DNA of 64,000 nt from an uncultured Alphaproteobacteria bacterium (lineage in GTDB: Bacteria; Pseudomonadota; Alphaproteobacteria; Rhizobiales; Beijerinckiaceae): assembly GCA_963811555.1 (NCBI GenBank), contig CAWESG010000016.1, positions 9,743 to 73,742 of the forward strand, read 5' to 3'. Both the position numbers and the translations under genes were made by a program. Shown in pieces: positions 60,601-64,000 of this stretch. Position 1 is the first letter of the stretch, and each line of letters begins with the position of its first letter. A model generated the notes under the pieces. The model was not told the DNA's origin. It did not search any database and was given only the letters and a program-made list of their open reading frames with translations.

Positions 60601-63192
60601 CAAGCGACCCGCCTTTCATCGAAATGGCGCGTTCGATGGCTTCGAGATGAGACCCAACCTCTTCCGCAAAACGCCGCGCCTGCTCGCCGATCCGTTCCGC
60701 GACAACATTGGTTTGCGAGTCGATCCGCTCGTTCAAATCGCCGCCATGCAGAGAAACCGCGTCCTCGATCGCTGCGAGTCGAGCGCCAACTTCCATGGTG
60801 AGCTGTTGCGAATGCTGGCCGATGCGATCGGCTATGGCGCCGCCTTCTTGCATCAAAGCCTGCTCGAAGAGATGCAGCTGCCCGCCGAGCTCCTTCGCGA
60901 TCTGATCGCCTCGCGACGCGAGCGTCGCGACGACGGCCCCGCCGTGACCGAGCACGGCGTTTTCGAAATTGCGCAAACGTTCCGAGAGAACTTCGTTGAC
61001 GCGCTCGCCCTGCGTCGCGATCGCGAGCACCGCTTCGCTTGCTGTGGTGGAGAAGCGATTGTGCAAATCGGTCGAAGAATTGGCGAGAGTCGTGACCGCT
61101 TCCGACACGCTGCGCTCAAAATTCTCGCGCAACATTTCGGATTGGACCTCGAATTCGCGGCGCGCGCCTTGCTGCGCGCCTTCGAGCAGACCCGAAATTT
61201 CGGAGCCAGCCTTTTCGAGCGAGGCGACGCGCTCGGCGAGAAGGCCGCCGACGCGGTCCGCGTGTTCGGCGGTGCGCGTAACGACGTCGTCGCTCTGTTT
61301 GCCAACTTGTCGCTCGAAGGAGGAGAGATGTTCGCTCAGCACAGCATTGGCTTCGTCGCCATGCTGCACGATGCGCGAAGCGACTTCGTCGCTGCGGCGC
61401 AGGATCGACTCTTCGAAGACGGCGAGACTGTCGGCGACCGTCGCGCCAACGCGGTCGCCATGCATCGCAAGGCGTTCGGCGAGTTCGCCGCCCTGCACGA
61501 CGATCGTCCGCTCGAAGGCGTTGAGTCGCTCCGCAAGCGTTTCATTGAGGCGCTCGCCTTGTACGGCGATCGAGCTCACCGCGTCGCCAGCCGTCGCCGC
61601 AAACCGCTCTTCGAGAGCTTGCGTGTGTTCGGCGAGCGCGCCGGCGCTTTCCGCAAGGCTCTGAGAGAACCGCTCGTGCAGCGCGTTTCCATGCGCCTCG
61701 AAATGTTCGTGCGCCCGTTGATGGGTCTCCGCGAGAAGATTGGAGAGATGCGCGCCCGTGCTGTCGAACACTTCTTTGACGTTCGCCACATGCTCGGAAA
61801 CGCTCGACGCGATGCGATCGGCCGACTCGACGACCCTGTCGCCAAGAGCCTGACCATGCGTGGCGAGCACCTGCTCGATGCGCTCTCCCGTTTCTGCGAC
61901 GCGTCCAACGAGCCGTTCGCTTTGACCCTCGATCGAGTCGCTGAGCCGCGCGCTGAGTTCGGTGAAGCGTTCAAGGACGGAGTCCCCGCGCGCGCCCAAG
62001 TCGCCGATCATATGTTCGCCGGTTGCGTGAAGCCTGCTGTCGATCTCCTGCACGCCATCGGCGAAACGGCGCGTCACATCCTCGGATGCGGCGCTGATAT
62101 TGCGCGTCACTTCTTCTCCAGCCTCGGTCAGCCGGTCGACGACGTGGACGCCATGGGCGCTGAGCGTCGTGTCGAACATGTCGCCGGCGTGCTCCAGCGC
62201 GAGCCTGATTTCTTCCCCTCTGGCGCCCAGCGTCGAGGTGACGCGTCCTCCCGCCTCGCTCACCGCTTCGGCAAGCTGCACGGCGGTATCCGACAGCTCG
62301 TGCGAAAGCGAATCCCTTGCGCCAAACAAAGCGGTGCGCGCATTGTCGGCGTTGTGAAGAATCGCTTCGCGTTCGCGGGACAGTTCGTCAATCAGCAGAC
62401 GGATGCGACGCTCGTTCTCCGAATAGGAGCGCTCGAGATTGGAGACCTCCGTGCGCACGATCACTTCGAGTTCGCCGGCTCTCGTCAGGGCGCGCTCAAT
62501 GCCGTCGCCCATGGAAGCCGCTTCGCGTCGAATGGCTTGCGAAAGCGTGACGACCTGTTCGGTCGCGATCGTTTCCGGTTCGATCAGACGGATGGCGACT
62601 TCCGTCATTGAATTTGCGATCAGGCGCATCTCATGCGCGCGCCGAGCCATGACGCCGGTGATATAAAGAAAGACGATCGGCCCGACGAGCGCGAACAATG
62701 CGAGAAGCGGCTTGGGCGCGAGGAGCCCGCCATCTGCGTCGACGATGTCGGCTTTGTTGAAATAGACGAAGAGCGCCCAGGCCACCGCCCAGGCGGCGAT
62801 CATTGCATATGTGACGCCGAGTATTCCGCGATTGGGTTGGAACTTGAGAGCCTGGCGCAATTCGCCAATGGTTTGTCGATCGTCGTTGGCGGGAGCCGTC
62901 GCCGGCGCAACCGAAGGCTTTTGTAGCGCCGCGGCGCCCTGGCTCGCTGACGGAGCGGATTTGTCTTCGGCTTTGGCGCGCGGGGGCAAGGATAAATTCA
63001 TTGCGGGATTTTGCTGAGAGTCGGATGCGGGGGAGGAGGTTAATTTCGCGAAGTCGGCGGCGTTCCCGCCTCGCTCGCCTCGTTTTGAAATGGTCCGGCG
63101 GCCACGGCCCCTGGCGCGCCAAGGTCCAGCGCCTCCTCGATCGCCGACAGCGCCGCCGCCGCCGCATCTTGGATTTTACCCGATTTCGCCAT
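57622..63192 (-). CDS. giant apolipoprotein-like coiled-coil membrane protein (GPR/RgsE-like polar growth scaffold); apparent frameshifts near 63050 and 59247
   Basis: MAKSGKIQDAAAAALSAIEEAL (ATG 63192), PANDD, two TM helices, SMTEVAIRL.EPE, LERSYSENE.RIR.L, long amphipathic repeats, C-terminal GWLSDLLARAS…GKVYTML.HA; about 1855 aa when joined. Confidence 0.8.
59905..60700 (-). repeat. four tandem 198-bp (66-aa) intragenic repeats
   Basis: GTCTCGAATCGCTCGATCTCGGACGACAACG occurs at 60333 and 60531; unit ERISEQAQRF…HLEAID.AIS.GGGSLV..L..RS..IA..LSSEIERFE..SDAKTQE. Confidence 0.9.
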
Positions 63193-63266
63193 TGCAAATT
63201 CTCCGAGCGGAAGCTTTCAAGCGCGCCGCTCATTCGCCCTTCCGCCTCCGAGGGATGCGGAAACAA

Positions 63267-63349
63267 TTAACCAAATATTACAGCTGTTGGCGGGCAATTG
63301 AAACCAGCGGAACGGCGACAATGGCAAACGTCGTTAACGGGCGCTTTAC
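63267..63349. promoter_or_regulatory. two CtrA-box-like sites in the divergent promoter region
   Basis: TTAA-CCAAATA-TTAC (63267-63281) and TTAA-CGGGCGC-TTTAC (63334-63349) versus consensus TTAA-N7-TTAAC. Confidence 0.55.
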
Positions 63350-63531
63350 CAAAGGGCGCGACGCTCGTCTTGCGCCAAGTCGCCCAGGCGCGGCCTTGAC
63401 GGGCGCTCCGTTGCAAAGCGGTAATGCCCTGATTATGTTGGCCGAGAACAGGCGAGTTGGCGCAATGCTTGGGTTAAGCAAGCTATCTGACCGTTTGACC
63501 CCATCTTTAGGCCAGTGATCGCGGAGCAATT

Positions 63532-63942
63532 ATGACGGCGCAGATTGCCAAGTTCGTGGCTCATGAGGACGACGCCTCGGACGCCGCCGGGAACCTTGAG
63601 GCGTTCTCCATCATCGATCTGGTTCACCTTTCCCGCCAGACCCTAGGCGACGCAGCATTGGAGACAGAGCTGCTCGCTCTCTTCCAAAATCAAAGCCATC
63701 AGTTCGCACGGCGTCTGCGGGGGCCTTCTCACCCTGGCGACGATCGCTGGCGAGTCGATCTCGCTCACACGTTGAAAGGGTCCGCGCGCGCAGTCGGCGC
63801 TTTCAGGGTCGCGCAAGCGGCGGAGGATTACGAAATGGCGATCAGGTCGCGCAGCGGCAGCCTCCATGAGGCGCTGCGCCGTCTTTCGGACGTGATCGAC
63901 GAAACGCAGGCGGAGATCGCAGGCCTGCTTGAACGTTCATAA
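63532..63942 (+). CDS. stand-alone Hpt (histidine phosphotransfer) domain protein
   Basis: IDLVHLSRQTLGD.ALE.ELL.LF…AHTLKGSARAVGA. Confidence 0.9.
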   Translation: MTAQIAKFVAHEDDASDAAGNLEAFSIIDLVHLSRQTLGDAALETELLALFQNQSHQFARRLRGPSHPGDDRWRVDLAHTLKGSARAVGAFRVAQAAEDYEMAIRSRSGSLHEALRRLSDVIDETQAEIAGLLERS

Positions 63943-63945
63943 AAT

Positions 63946-63968
63946 GGCGCCTTCTCAGTAGGGCGCCA
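63946..63968 (+). terminator. hairpin after the Hpt gene
   Basis: TGGCGCCTT-ctcagta-GGGCGCCA stem directly after the stop; no clear U-tract. Confidence 0.4.
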
Positions 63969-64000
63969 CCGGAAAATATTTCAGATAAAGTTCCGAATAA

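Noticed and set aside
59905-60700. Possible CRISPR array
   Set aside because: Repeats are 198 bp, in-frame, coding and lack unique spacers; no cas genes
59273-62611. 1112-aa plus-strand ORF
   Set aside because: Antisense mirror of the GPR-like gene, including its repeats; no independent coding signal

Overview
GC-rich alphaproteobacterial (Hyphomicrobiales, Methylocystis-like by my recognition of the protein sequences, not a database result) chromosomal segment made up mostly of core genes: rplJ-rplL-rpoB-rpoC with an L10 leader, pheST, sbcDC, cysQ-DUF4170-waaA-lpxK, ubiA, rsmE, gshA, ispH-thrB-rnhA, NAD kinase, two porins and a giant GPR/RgsE-like polar growth scaffold. About 17 single-base frameshifts, nearly all +1 insertions and several in essential genes (rpoC, pheS, pheT, waaA, lpxK), point to unpolished long-read errors rather than real pseudogenes. 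I saw no rRNA, tRNA, CRISPR array, transposase or prophage. Most interesting: (i) a GafY/GafZ-like (split GafA) GTA activator pair with a divergent DUF6477 gene at the left edge; (ii) a convergent mtnA/class II aldolase (DHAP-shunt-like) pair where rplK-rplA normally sit; (iii) an ArfA/ArfC-like BON-OmpA operon extended by a secreted pentapeptide-repeat protein and a ROK kinase; (iv) a CitE-fold protein with its catalytic residues replaced; (v) a stand-alone secreted copy of the porin N-terminal C-x15-C module; (vi) a NifO-like gene paired with a phosphate acyltransferase outside any nif cluster.
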